DNA of 63,215 bases, filler included, from Octopus bimaculoides (GCF_001194135.2; 4 parts of 4 records of this genome joined end to end with filler, not necessarily neighbours in it); one strand, 5' to 3'; counted from the whole stretch's first letter, positions 37,183 through 50,833 are shown. A program made the numbers and translations. Notes: a model not told the origin generated them from the letters alone.

Positions 37183-37282
37183 NNNNNNNNNNNNNNNNNN
37201 NNNNNNNNNNNNNNNNNNNNNNNNNNTTAATTAATTAANNNNNNNNNNNNNNNNNNNNNNNNNNNNNNNNNNNNNNNNNNNN
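37183..37282. other. Artificial scaffold linker
   Basis: 44N-TTAATTAATTAA-44N. Confidence 0.95.
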
Positions 37283-37361
<79 letters not shown>

Positions 37362-38140
37362 CTGTGTGTGTCATGGAGACAATGACAAATGACTGAGAAC
37401 TTTAGAATTATGCCATACTTGAATAGAAGACTCATCAACCCAAGTGAAACCTTATTCATGGCAGATATTGGTGCCACACAACTGGTACCCATGCCAGTGG
37501 CATGCACAAGCACCCATTACACTCTCAGAGTGGTTGGCATTAGGAAGGGCATTCAGCCATAGAAAACCATGCCAGATCAGACTGCGATTTGGTGCAGCCT
37601 CTTCAGCTTACCAGCTCTGGTCAAACTGTCCAACCTATGCCAGCGTCGACGACGGATGTTAAATGATGATGATGCAGATGATAATGATAAACACACACAC
37701 ACACACACATATTCTTTTAATTTTATTTGTTTCAGTCATTTGACTGTGGCCATGCTGGAGCACCAATTTTATGAATTTATTCATGAATTTGTGTTTGTGT
37801 ATATTGTGTGTGTGTTGTAGTGTTGTTGACCTTGATTAGATCCAAGTCAGCCCTGATTAAGATCTATGATCAAAAGCGCTCCAGCTATGACCAATCTAAT
37901 TTAATGCCTAATGTATCCTTCCTTTTTTTTTACATGAGGCTAAGGAATAATTCGGGGGAGATTTCGCTGTGATTTCTAGCAGGTTGAGCAACCACATTGG
38001 GCCATCCTTTTTTGGCTTGATGCTTTATGTGTGATGTCATATGTTGGGTGACTGCATTAGTGTTAGGGAATCTTTGAACATTTAGGGATCTTATGTTGTA
38101 CACCTCTATGATGTGTGTATGTTCCTCTGTTTGTGTGTTT

Positions 38141-38465
38141 CATCATCATCATTGTCGTTTAACATCCGCTTTCCATGCTAGCATGGGTTGGACGATTTGA
38201 CTGAGGACTGGCAAACCAGATGGCTACACCAGGCTCCAATCTGATCTGGCAGAGTTTCTACAGCTGGATGCCCTTCCTAACGCCAACCACTCTGAGAGTG
38301 TAGTGACTGCTTTTTACGTGCCACCGGCACGAAGGCCAGTCAAGCGGTATTGGCAATGGCCATGCTCGAAATGGTGTATTTTATGTGCCACCTGCACAGG
38401 AGCCAGTCCAGCGGCACTGGCAATGATCTCGCTCAAATGTCTTTACACGTGCCATCTGGCACAAG
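38141..38465 (-). mobile_element. Family B retroposon
   Basis: Consensus match. Further copies at 37470, 41870, 45640, 47076, 48517, 50430, 54405, 60515, 60943, 61135, 61790 and 63040. Confidence 0.85.
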
Positions 38466-38520
38466 TACCATGAAAGTGTATTGAAAAATGTATGTGTATA
38501 GAAGTCATGTCTGATTGAGA

Positions 38521-38578
<58 letters not shown>

Positions 38579-38592
38579 TCATNNNNNNNNNN

Positions 38593-38633
<41 letters not shown>

Positions 38634-38919
38634 TCATAGGAGATTATGTGTGTTTGGATATATAGCTATACTACTTGGTTGTGTGTTATTTCTTTTCTGT
38701 TTTTTTTTTGAACGGATGTGTGTGTGTGGGGGAGCGGTAGGGGGTCATGCACTTGTATTTATGTTTATGTATTCGGCTTTCATTATGGATAACATGTGTA
38801 TGAATGTCATATATATATATGTGTGTGTGTGTATGTTACGATATACCTGCATGCATACGTATCTATGTATGTGTGTATATGTTTGTATGTGTATATATAC
38901 ATACATACATACATATATA

Positions 38920-39298
38920 CTCTTACTCTTTTTACTCTTTTACTTGTTTCAGTCATTTGACTGTGGCCATGCTAGAGCACTGTTTTTAGTTGAGCAAATC
39001 GACCCCAGGACTTATTCTTTGTAAGCCTAGTACTTATTCTATCGGTCTCTTTTGCCGAACCGCTAAGTTACGGGGACGTAAACACACCAGCATCGGTTGT
39101 CAAGCGATGTTGGGGGGACAAACACAGACACACAAACATATACACACACATACATATACATACATATATATACATATATACGACGGGGTTCTTTCAGTTT
39201 CCGTCTACCAAATCCACTCACAAGGCTTTGGTTGGCCCGAGGCTATAGTAGAAGATACTTGCCCAAGGTGCCACGCAGTGGGACTGAACCCAGAACCA
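38920..39298 (-). mobile_element. SINE family A, head truncated by gap
   Basis: Consensus match. Confidence 0.85.
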
Positions 39299-40247
39299 NN
39301 NNNNNNNNNNNNNNNNNNNNNNNNNNNNNNNNNNNNNNNNNNNNNNNNNNNNNNNNNNNNNNNNNNNNNNNNNNNNNNNNNNNNNNNNNNNNNNNNNNNN
39401 NNNNNNNNNNNNNNNNNNNNNNNNNNNNNNNNNNNNNNNNNNNNNNNNNNNNNNNNNNNNNNNNNNNNNNNNNNNNNNNNNNNNNNNNNNNNNNNNNNNN
39501 NNNNNNNNNNNNNNNNNNNNNNNNNNNNNNNNNNNNNNNNNNNNNNNNNNNNNNNNNNNNNNNNNNNNNNNNNNNNNNNNNNNNNNNNNNNNNNNNNNNN
39601 NNNNNNNNNNNNNNNNNNNNNNNNNNNNNNNNNNNNNNNNNNNNNNNNNNNNNNNNNNNNNNNNNNNNNNNNNNNNNNNNNNNNNNNNNNNNNNNNNNNN
39701 NNNNNNNNNNNNNNNNNNNNNNNNNNNNATATATATATATATATATATATATAATATAAATAATATATAAATATATGCATATATCCATACATATATGTAC
39801 ATACCTACCTCTATATGTATACATACATGCATACATGGGTACATATATATATATATGTAAACACATGCAAACATCCACATACACATGCACCAGTGTGTGT
39901 GTGTTTATTTGAGTCAATATGTGTGCTAGTGTTTACCACCGTCAAATCGGTGTTGTATCAAAAAGCCTAACTCAGTGATTCAATAAATATTGGTTGATTA
40001 AATAAGTACAAGAATAAAATAAGTAGTGGGGTCAATATAATCAAGCAGAACCTTTGATGGTGGGACCTAGCTTGGCCACAGTCCAATGACTTGAATCAGT
40101 GAAAGAATAAAAGGATAGAATAAAAGAATCAAAGAATATATATTTATGTGTGTGTGTGTGAATGTATGTGTGTGTGTATGTACACACACACACACACATA
40201 TTTGTTCAGATATGTACACACACACATGCACACATATATGTATACAT

Positions 40248-40302
<55 letters not shown>

Positions 40303-41521
40303 NNNNNNNNNNNNNNNNNNNNNNNNNNNNNNNNNNNNNNNNNNNNNNNNNNNNNNNNNNNNNNNNNNNNNNNNNNNNNNNNNNNNNNNNNNNNNNNNNN
40401 NNNNNNNNNNNNNNNNNNNNNNNNNNNNNNNNNNNNNNNNNNNNNNNNNNNNNNNNNNNNNNNNNNNNNNNNNNNNNNNNNNNNNNNNNNNNNNNNNNNN
40501 NNNNNNNNNNNNNNNNNNNNNNNNNNNNNNNNNNNNNNNNNNNNNNNNNNNNNNNNNNNNNNNNNNNNNNNNNNNNNNNNNNNNNNNNNNNNNNNNNNNN
40601 NNNNNNNNNNNNNNNNNNNNNNNNNNNNNNNNNNNNNNNNNNNNNNNNNNNNNNNNNNNNNNNNNNNNNNNNNNNNNNNNNNNNNNNNNNNNNNNNNNNN
40701 NNNNNNNNNNNNNNNNNNNNNNNNNNNNNNNNNNNNNNNNNNNNNNNNNNNNNNNNNNNNNNNNNNNNNNNNNNNNNNNNNNNNNNNNNNNNNNNNNNNN
40801 NNNNNNNNNNNNNNNNNNNNNNNNNNNNNNNNNNNNNNNNNNNNNNNNNNNNNNNNNNNNNNNNNNNNNNNNNNNNNNNNNNNNNNNNNNNNNNNNNNNN
40901 NNNNNNNNNNNNNNNNNTATGCATTATTGTGTTATGCGTACTTTAGTATGTGTTATATTTTATTCTTATATACGATATGTACGTAGTATATCTTGTATCC
41001 TCTTTCGGGGGCGTATATTTATTTTTATGTGACTGTACGTATTTATGAGTGCATAAGAAAGTAAGAATATGTGTTTTTTTCCATGAATGATGTATATTGT
41101 GTAGTGTGTGTATGTGTGTGTATATATGTAAGTGTCTATTTTAGTGAGTGAGCTTAAGTATATGGTTGTATATGTGTGGGTGTATAGTAAAAGGAAAATA
41201 TAGTGAGTGTGGGTGTGTGTATGAACGTGTGTGTGTGTGTGTGTATATATGTGAGTGTATGTATTTATTTGTGTGTGTGTATTGTAATGTAGATTTGTAC
41301 AAATGAAGTTATATGTATGTGCATGTATGTGTATATGTGTGTGTGTATGTGTGTATATATGCAAGTGTATTTTAGTGAATTGAAGCCATGTGCATAATTA
41401 AACAGATAAGGGAAATAACTCAATTAGGCCTATGGTATGAATGTAGATAAATAAATTAGGAGCGATTTAACTGAATAATATATACAGAAACTTCTAAATG
41501 AGCAAAAGCTTCCTCATTTAG

Positions 41522-41552
41522 TTACAGAAAGAAAACAAAACCACAATTGTTT
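41522..41552 (+). CDS. Candidate small exon (LQKENKTTIV)
   Basis: ttcctcatttag| acceptor and |gtgagt donor. Phase-1 end is compatible with the exon at 51091. Confidence 0.25.
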
Positions 41553-42211
41553 GTGAGTCAGCCTAATAAAGGGAGATAATTTCAAGACTTTTGTAATTAA
41601 TCTCTCAAAATATATTTACATACTTAGGAAAAGACATATCTCAGGTGTTTGCTTTTAGCCAAGAGGCTACAGGGCCACTTTCCAGTCTATTAGACTCATC
41701 AGAATTAGTATACTCTACTCAAGCTTGCTTTCTTTGCACAGGAGACATTTATGTTAAGATACACATATTTTTCCATTCCTATGCACTAAAAAATACATAC
41801 AGTCGTATAAAAATATGTATACACCTCCTAAACTGCATACAAAATATACTACGTACATCGCATATATATGCATGCTGGTGGCACGTTAGAAGTAGTTGCC
41901 AGTGCCACTGGACTGGCTCCTGTGCAGGTGGCATGTAAAAAACACCTTTTTGAGCGTGGCCGTTGCCAATACCATGTGACTGGCCCTCGTGCCGGTGGCA
42001 CGTAAAAGCACCCACTACACTCTCGAAGTGGTTGGCGTTAGGAAGGGCATCCAGTTGTAGAAACTCTACCAGTTCAGGTTGGAGTCTGGTGCAGTCATTT
42101 GGTTCACCAGTCTTCAGTCAAATCGTCCAACCCATGCTAGCATGGAAAGCGGACGTTAAACGATGATGATAACACAGACTAAAGTGAAGATAGCACAATA
42201 ATGCATATATA

Positions 42212-42420
42212 TTGGGTCATCCCATAAATAATGCGGTTTTTTTCAATTGCATGAACTAAAAGCTAGAGAGGGACAGCATAAACTACCTGTATCAATTTGC
42301 TATAAAAGTAGGTAGTAATTTTACCTTGTACTTATTCTTAGTGCAAGTTTTGAAGGGTGCAGTTCTATTTTAATAGTTATTTTTTCAAAGTTAGAATGGA
42401 AGTGACAAAGGAGCATCTAA
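42212..42420 (+). mobile_element. Mariner-like 5' fragment
   Basis: ta|ttgggtcatcccataaataatgcgg TIR-like start; ends in ATG GAA GTG ACA AAG GAG CAT (MEVTKEH), a mariner-type N-terminus. Confidence 0.5.
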
Positions 42421-43084
42421 TTCTTCTTATGCCTAACTTTTCTCTCTCAATACATTGGCATTCTGTTGAACATGTACACTGACATTACGCAACTAGTGGA
42501 GCATACTAGCCTCATTCCTCTCTAGCCTTCGCATGTCTTCTGCATTCAGTGCCCACATGTCACTGCCATGTAGAATTGCTGTCCTCATCATGCATCAGTT
42601 CTCCTTTCACTTGAAGAGAGAAACCTTTACTTGCCAACAGAGTTAAAAGCTCTCTGAATTTTCTCCATCCTGTTCTTATTATAGCTATTACACTCTGTGT
42701 ACATCCTCCCCTATTACTAATTTGGTTCCCTAGGTGGCAGAAATTATCCACCAGGACATTTAAGAAAATCAATTTCCCGAGTGTCTGTAGATTTTATGGA
42801 TCCTGTGCATCTTCCACATATGAACACTATTTCTCTGTTAACCTTTCTATTATTCCACTGCAACTTTTGTGAGTCCATAGCTTACATTGGGCACACCATA
42901 TGGAATTCTTGCCAACATCTTTCCTACAAATCAGACAGGGCTACTTACCTGAAGTTGGTGGGGTTTGTCTGTTTTCTTGCTTGCTAAGACCTTAATATTT
43001 GCTAAGTTAATATTAAGGCCCTTAAATTGCAGGTTTTGCTTCCACACCTGTAATATCCTTTCTAACTCTGAAAGACCCGGCAAG

Positions 43085-43470
43085 CCAAGTGAGATCGTTG
43101 CCAGGGCCCCTGGACTGGCTCTTGTGCGGGTGGCACATAAGATGTACCATCCTGAGCGTGACCGTTGCCAGTACCGCCTGACTGGCCTTGTAGGGTTTTC
43201 GAGCGAGATCGTTGCCAGTGCCCCTGAACTGGCTCTTGTGCGGGTGGCACATAAAAGACACCATTTCGAGCGTGGCCATTTTCGTGTGGGTGACACGTAA
43301 AAGCACCCACTACACTCTGAGTGGTTGGCGTTAGGAAGGGCATCCAGCTGTAGAAACTCTGCCAAATTAGATTGGAGCCTGGTGTTGCTATCCGGTTTCA
43401 CCAGTCCTCAGTCAAATCGTCCAACCCATGCTAGCATGGAAAGCGGACGTTAAACGATGATGATGATGAT
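43085..43470 (+). mobile_element. Family B retroposon inserted in the RTE
   Basis: Ends ggaaagcggacgttaaac(gat)n immediately beside the YADDLAL codons. Confidence 0.9.
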
Positions 43471-43542
43471 GAGGGCAAGATCATCAGCATATAGTAGTTC
43501 TCAGGGTCTGCCAGTTTCTGATTCCTCTGTTATGGCTTAGAG

Positions 43543-43805
43543 CAGGGGTTTTCAAACTTTTTGACTTGCGGACCCCTTTATATTTCAGGCTTTACCTTAG
43601 GGACCCCCTTATAAACGCTTATGAAATTTATACATAAATATTTGCTTAAAATAACATTTTTACATTTATTTATTTAACAAATAGGTTTATTGTCAATTAA
43701 AAGATTTCGATTAAAAAACATGTATAAAATCAAATTGCCCATAAAAAGTATTTGCTGTCCTTGCGGACCCCCTGTGGTCCGCGGACCACAGTTTGAAAAC
43801 CCCTG
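43543..43805. mobile_element. hAT-type MITE (263 bp)
   Basis: Perfect 16-bp TIR CAGGGGTTTTCAAACT and perfect 8-bp TSD GCTTAGAG (43535-43542 and 43806-43813). Confidence 0.95.
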
Positions 43806-45110
43806 GCTTAGAGGACAATAATGAAAAGAAGGGTGCTGAGGACTGAGTCTTGATGAACATCTGGCTGTACACCAAATTCTTCACTGTACTTGTGGTTAAC
43901 TCTCACCTTACTGACAGTGTCTCTGTATATGGCCTGTACCACTTTCATAAGCCACTTGCCCACCATATCACACAACAGGATACTCTATCATAGGCTTTCT
44001 CTAGATCAATGAATGGCAGGTATAATGGTTTATTCTTAGCTAAGTACTTCTCTTACAGTTGCCTTACGATAAAAATGGCATTAGTACTGCTTCTCCCTGG
44101 GGTGATGCCAAACTGCATTTCATTTAGCCTAATTCTGTTCCTAATTAATTGGGTTATATCTCTCTGTAATTTTCATCCCCTGGTCCAAGAGTTTGATGCC
44201 TCTCTAACTGCTTCTATCTAAGTTATCTCAACTTACCCTTGTAGCAGCAAACAATAATGCTACTACACTAGTCACTGGGTATTATGCTACCTTGAAGAAC
44301 GTGATTAACTGTGTGGGTGACTAACCTGTACCCTACCTTTCCAGATATTTTGAGCATCTCAGCAGTGACTCCAGAAGGACCAGAGGCTTTCCTTGTTTTC
44401 ATATCTTTAATTGCCTTATCGACCATACTGCTGCCCATTAGGATAGCTAGTCCCTCTGTTGGGCTCATGTGAGGGAGACTCTCCTTATCCTATTCATTCT
44501 CCCAATTCAATAGCCTTGCATAATAACTTTTCCATGTCTCTTTCTTGTCTGAATCACCAAGTGCAGGCATATGTCCAAATCACCAGGCTTCTTTCAGTTT
44601 CCGTCTAACAAATCTATTCCAAAAGTTTAGGTCGACCCGATGCTATAATAGAATATACTTGTCCAAGGTGCCAAGCAGTGGAACTGAACCAAGAACTATG
44701 TGATTGGGAAACAAACCTCTTACCACACAACCACATCTACTATGTTGATTTGTATACTGGAAAATACAATAAAATTTGCAGTCTAAATGTGGGCATGTAA
44801 TAGCAGAATCAGGCCCTAGTGGGACTGTTGCATACTTCTCTCTACAGTTTCTCTCATCAAACATCAGTAATTAGTGTCATTCTAGTATTATCCTAGATTA
44901 ATACACAATAGTTTTTTTTAGAAGTATTATTGTCAAAAGAAAAAAAAGTGTTAATTAGTCTGAGAAAACACTTCTTCAGAACAGTTGAATATGACATCAG
45001 TAAAACATAATGGTTTAAGTCTCAGGTGTCACCTAGTTTCTGGAACATTCCTGCTGGAAATACAATAGAATCAAAACATTTAAGAAATATGTTAAAAAAC
45101 ATGTTTCTAT

Positions 45111-45164
<54 letters not shown>

Positions 45165-45639
45165 GGGCCTGTGCAAGCATTTATGTCGGTATGTGGTTGT
45201 GTGTATGAGCATGTGTGTATATGTCTGCATGTGTGCTTGTGTATGCATGTGTATGTGTGGATACTTATGTGTGTGTGTGTGTGTGTGTATCTAGTAGTTA
45301 TCAGTTATCTCTTAACAGAACATTGCATCTGCTCCCGCTGTGTCATCAAATCGGTTATGTTGTTGCAACATGTGCTCACCAACGCCATTCGATTTACTTT
45401 AACAACCTAATTCCAAAACGTATCCAATGATGATATACGAGGGAATATTTCTTCACCTTTACTTTTTATAATATTTTCAACTCATTTCTTTTCTTCATTA
45501 TTCTCTCTGACTCTATCTTTTCTATGCGTGTGGGGCTGAGGTGGGCCAGAAGTATAGGATCAATGAAGTCACACAAATGGCCGAGGGAGGTATGTGAGCA
45601 GAAGGGTGACTCACATGGGGCTCTTTTGCTTTGTGGCTG

Positions 45640-45886
45640 TCACTCTTGTGTGGGTGGCACATAAAAGACACCATTTCGAGCGTGGCCGTTTTCGTGCGAG
45701 TGACACGTAAAAGCACCCACTACACTCTCTGAGTGGTTGGCGTTAGGAAGGGCATCCAGCTGTAGAAACTCTGCCAAATTGGATTGGAGCCTGGTGTTGC
45801 CATCTGGTTTCACCAGTCCTCAGTCAAATCGTCCAACCCATGCTAGCATGGAAAGCGGACGTTAAACGATGATGATGATGATGATG
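45640..45886 (+). mobile_element. Family B retroposon, young copy
   Basis: Nearly identical to the 3' part of 43085-43470. Confidence 0.9.
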
Positions 45887-46089
45887 ACTCAGAACAGTTG
45901 TAGTGGCCACATGTGTTGAGGGAATTTACTGTTTGGTTCTGGTCTGAAGTTAGCCAAGTGAATCTCCTACGGGTATTTCCCAGCTAGAAAAGATCAACGT
46001 TACAAGAGGACCTGTGAGGTTAGTGACTTACACTGCTTTTCCCCCCATACTGCAGAGTGTTATCAGATAACTACATGTGGAAGTATATG

Positions 46090-46301
46090 CAGGGTGTCCA
46101 CAAGGTCTGGGTACATGGAGTAAACAAAAGTATAACATAAACAATTAAATATAAGAAATAATAATTTCTTAAAGTATGTGTTAATCCCCATGTGGGTACA
46201 TGGAGTAAATAAAATCATAACATAAACAATTAAATATAAGAAATGATAATTTCTTAAAGTATGTGTTAATCCCCATGTACCCAGACTTTGTGGACACCCT
46301 G
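46090..46301. mobile_element. Tc1/mariner-type MITE with internal 85-bp tandem duplication
   Basis: TIR cagggtgtccacaa(g/a)gtctgggtacatgg, TA on the right flank, units at 46109-46193 and 46194-46278. Confidence 0.85.
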
Positions 46302-46436
46302 TAAAGTACAGAATATAATTCTATCCTTCTTAAGAGATTCTTCATTAGGATGTTCAGTAAAGCCGTTCCAATTAAAGCAGAACTTTTCATGACTATTAGT
46401 AGGTTTGCCAAAGATTTTCTGTAATATAAGTGGAGT

Positions 46437-46614
46437 CAACAGTGTAACCTGGGGGCGGGGGGTCATGGGCGATAGGGACGGTCCACCCTGGGTAGCACTT
46501 ATAAGGGGGTGGCACTTGTGGGTCTGCTGTAGGCAATGTGTGTTTTTATGTGGGGTCCAGAGCCAGCAAACGGAATTTCGACCCTCGGTGGCACATACTC
46601 TCGCTACGCTAGTG
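46437..46614. mobile_element. Old hAT-like MITE (178 bp)
   Basis: 8-bp flanks agtggagt and agtggcgt (7/8). Decayed TIR caacagtgtaac versus cactagcgtagc. GC-rich insert in AT-rich DNA. Confidence 0.6.
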
Positions 46615-49069
46615 AGTGGCGTATGCAAAGTTTGTGAGTTCCTTGTTCATGATTCAGTGTCCAATATAGGTAATCTCTTAGGGAGTCTAGATGGATAGTG
46701 AGAAGTCTCCCTAATCTATGCTGAGCAAGACAGGAGTAAGTATTCTTTATTACAGGTCATAGAGAGGAATAGAACAAGTTAATTAATAAAAGTAAAGGAA
46801 AAGAAAAGAGTTGCCGAAAAGAAGAAAACCAACAGAATGGAAAGATCCACCAAGGCAAAAAGTGATTTTTATACTATCATGGAGAAAATTTGCTCTCTTT
46901 TTGTACAACACAGAGAAAGTGTTCTTCATATTTCACCAGCGAAACATAATTGAAAAACATAAAAAGAAAGAGTATGAAGGAGGAAAGATTGAAAATATTC
47001 TAAAAATTAATACCACCACCACCATCACCGCCACCACCAACACCACCACCACCACCACCATCACCACCATCAATATTCATCATCATCATCATCATCATCA
47101 CCACCATCACCACCACCACCACCATCATCAATATTCATCATCATCATCAATAATATTCATCATAATTTAACGTCTGTTTTCCATGCTGGCATGGGTTAGT
47201 GATGGTTTGATCAAAGCTGGTGAGGCCAGGAGTCACAACTAGTTTCCGTAGTCTGTTCAGCATGGTTTCTACACCTAGATGCTCTTCCTAACACCAACCA
47301 CTATACCGTTGCTTTTAAGGTGCTTTTACAGGTGCCTTTTTTTTTAGGTACTTTTTATAGGTACCTTTTTTTAGGTTCCTTTTATAGGTGCACCAATGTT
47401 TTCTTTAGGAAACACCAGCACTGATGAAATATTTTATCATATCATCAAATATTTAGGAATAGAATAGTTAGACATCAGTGTGAACAATCGATTTAATAAT
47501 AAAATTAATGTTTACTTATACTTCTCAAGAGTATGATACTATTGTAAAATTAAAAATCAGTAATATTTGTCCAATTTCTATATCACTCTACACTATAAAA
47601 AATCTGGAAATGTCACCTATGGTTCCATAGTTCTATCCTTTGTCTGTTTAAAAAGTATGTTGCTTTAACTGTTTGAAGAGTATGTTGCTAAATTTAATTG
47701 TATGGTTTTGTAAAACTTGCTTTAAGGCTTGCACTGACTGTATGTGAAATTATGGTTCTGATGCTGTAGTTATCTGAAGGAGGTTAGGGTCAGCAGTAAA
47801 GGTAATAGTGAGAGGGTTACCTAGTCTAGTCTTAGTAAGAAAGGAGTTTTACATGCTTTGTCTGGAGAAATATTCTTTACTAAGGTTATGGATAGAAATA
47901 GACCAAGTTAACAAAGAAAAGAAAACGAAAACAAAAGCGGGAAAAGAAAAGCAACAAAGAGTAGATACACACACACACAGACAGACACACACACACACAC
48001 ATAGTGAGAAAGCTATTGTAAATGAAAGAATAGCGATATGACATTTGTCGGAATAAAAATTGAATGGATGACAGGATGAGAGAAGGACAGAATGAAAGAT
48101 AAAGAGAGGGGTGAAGAAAGAGTAAGAGTCAAAGAGACCAGGTAGCAAGAAGTTTGTATAAACTGCCATGAGGTGTTGTATAAACTTATCAATAACTGAT
48201 TTTCAACGGATACAGTGATATTGTGTCTGTAATCAGGTTGTAGAAATGCAACAAAACCTTTTTGACACTTTGTAATACAAGAGAAGATATATATTCACAG
48301 ACAGACATGTATACATCATGGGTGAATATGTAAAATGAAGATCGTAATTTTGCTCCTAGACTGCAACTTAATGGCCCTAGTTCGTATGATTTGTTATTAT
48401 TTCAGAAACAGAGATAAGATGTTTATTTAACATTTTCACTCATATTTTATGAATTCCTCCACTTGCAAATTGATTTGCTGTTTATAAGTTCTGTCAATCT
48501 TGTCAAATATGTGTGTCATCATCATCATCATCATCGTTTAACGTCCGCTTTCCATGCTAGCAGGGGTTGGACGATTTGACTGAGGACTGGTGAAACCGGA
48601 TGGCAACACCAGGCTCTAATCTGATTTGGCAGAGTTTCTACAGCTGGATGCCCTTTCTAATGCCAACCACTCAAAGAGTGTAGTGGGTGCTTGTATGTGT
48701 CACCCGCACGAAGGCCAGTCAGGTGGTACTGGCAACGGCCACGCTCAAAATGGTGCATTTTATGTGCCACCAGCACAAGAGCCAGTCCAGGGGCACTGGC
48801 AATGATCTCGCTCGAAGAAAATCCTACGAAGGCTAGTCAGGCAGTACTGATATATATATATATATNNNNNNNNNNNNNNNNNNNNNNNNNNNNNNNNNNN
48901 NNNNNNNNNNNNNNNNNNNNNNNNNNNNNNNNNNNNNNNNNNNNNNNNNNNNNNNNNNNNNNNNNNNNNNNNNNNNNNNNNNNNNNNNNNNNNNNNNNNN
49001 NNNNNNNNNNNNNNNNNNNNNNNNNNNNNNNNNNNNNNNNNNNNNNNNNNNNNNNNNNNNNNNNNNNNT

Positions 49070-49951
49070 TTCAACAAGCAGTTTTATATTCTAGAAGTAG
49101 TCAAAACGACCAAAACCACATTTAAGAGTAATCTTCAAAAGGAATGAAAAATAAAAAAACTTTTACCTTGTTATTTTATTCCAGTTAGACGTAGGTATCA
49201 AAATTTTTTTAGCAAATAAAATAATTTGCTAGGCGAATTCCTCATCAGTGACCACGCCATAACACTAACATATAATTAAGAGATGAATAACATGTATCTC
49301 ATCGTTATACATTATCATTTTTCAAATTCACCGTGCAAGCGCAGTTTCAGTCAGCAGTAATGAATATATGCTGAACTAATCTTCTAAAAATTACTAAAAA
49401 CATATATATATATATATTTGGAATTTACAAAAAAGCAAGAAAACAAAAGATGAAGACAGGTGTGTAAGCAACAAACAGGTGTATTAGTTTAACTCTCGGG
49501 AAGGTGAGAATGTCTTTTATGTTTTGAGCCTGCGCTCTTCAACAGAAAAGAACACGAGAAAATAAACAGAGAGAGAATAAAAAAAAGCTTAGTGGCTAGA
49601 CTCTAGATCTTCTGCCTGATGAGAGGTGTCCCATATCTAATTGTTGTCCTTTGCTTTTAATCATTTTGTTTTAGCATTGCTTTCTATCTATCTATATATA
49701 TACAGCAAACATTTGCTTCACCACATACCGAAGTTCAGAAATAGCAGCTTTTTTTAGCTGCTATTTCTGAACTTCGGTATGTGGTGAAGCAAATGTTTGC
49801 TGATCCCTTAATTATGTTTATAAATATATATGGTAAAAATTATTAATTGTTGATTTATTAATAAATTGATTTATTAATAAATTAATAAATTGATAAACCT
49901 TTACCCTTTTAATTTGTAATATCTATATATATAGATAGATAGAAAGCAATA

Positions 49952-49994
<43 letters not shown>

Positions 49995-50230
49995 TAAAAC
50001 AGTAGGGTAAAAAATTGGATATTAATTAATATCAATTTAATACCAGGGAACAAGCACATTAAAAGAATCAAGGAGATTCAGAAAGAATATCTCAAAGGAT
50101 TATTGTATATATAAAGGGGACCACTAGGTGGACTGTTAATGTGCGAGAAGAAGATCACATGTAATGTGTCTACTAAGACCGAATTGTTCTCAAAGGAAAT
50201 TTAGCGAAGTAACAAAACGTATACGGGCAA
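49070..50230. mobile_element. Patch of Penelope-like terminal repeats and inverted repeats
   Basis: Hammerhead-like motif at 49184-49252 (minus), perfect hairpin at 49703-49802, and inverted pair ttagcattgctttctatctatc / gatagatagaaagcaatactaa. PLE class is inference. Confidence 0.45.
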
Positions 50231-50793
50231 GACAAGTGAAAATTACAGGAGGACAGAAAGTATGTGTGTGTGCATGTGTAATTGTATGTGTGTGTGGGTG
50301 TATGTATGTTCGTGTCTCCTTGTCTTGACATCAAGTAATAGTTGTAAACGAGTGTCCCTGCCATACAAGCAGTGTCATTCATTTCCAGTGTTATGCATAA
50401 ACATGTCTGGCCATGGGGAAGCATTACTTTGCTTGGAAACAGGTGGGAGTAGGTGACAGGAAAAGCATCCAGCTGTAGAAAATATGTCTCAGTAAACTTT
50501 GTCTGATCCATGCAAGTGTGGAAAAGTGGAAGAAAATGATGATGATTACATTTGGATTTACAAACAAGAGAAAAAAGTACATGTAATATATGTACATGGC
50601 AGCATGGAAAGCGGATGTTAAATGACGAAAATAACAATGATAATGATGAGATGTAGTAGAGTTTATTTAATTATTCAAGCCTTAGTTTTCTCTTCATTGC
50701 TACACTGACATGTGTTTTTTTTCCATTTTGTTAGCATCAAAAACTAAAAACTGGAAATTCATAGAAGTGATGGGAGAAAATTCAGCTTTAAAT

Positions 50794-50796
<3 letters not shown>

Positions 50797-50833
<37 letters not shown>

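Larger units (their letters stand above)
42430..44575 (-). mobile_element. Degenerate RTE-clade LINE reverse transcriptase region, interrupted by two insertions
   Basis: QFGITPGRSSTNAIFIVRQL, PFIDLEKAYDRV, ELLYADDLAL (YADD at 43480-43491) and RTGWRKFRELL. Confidence 0.9.
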
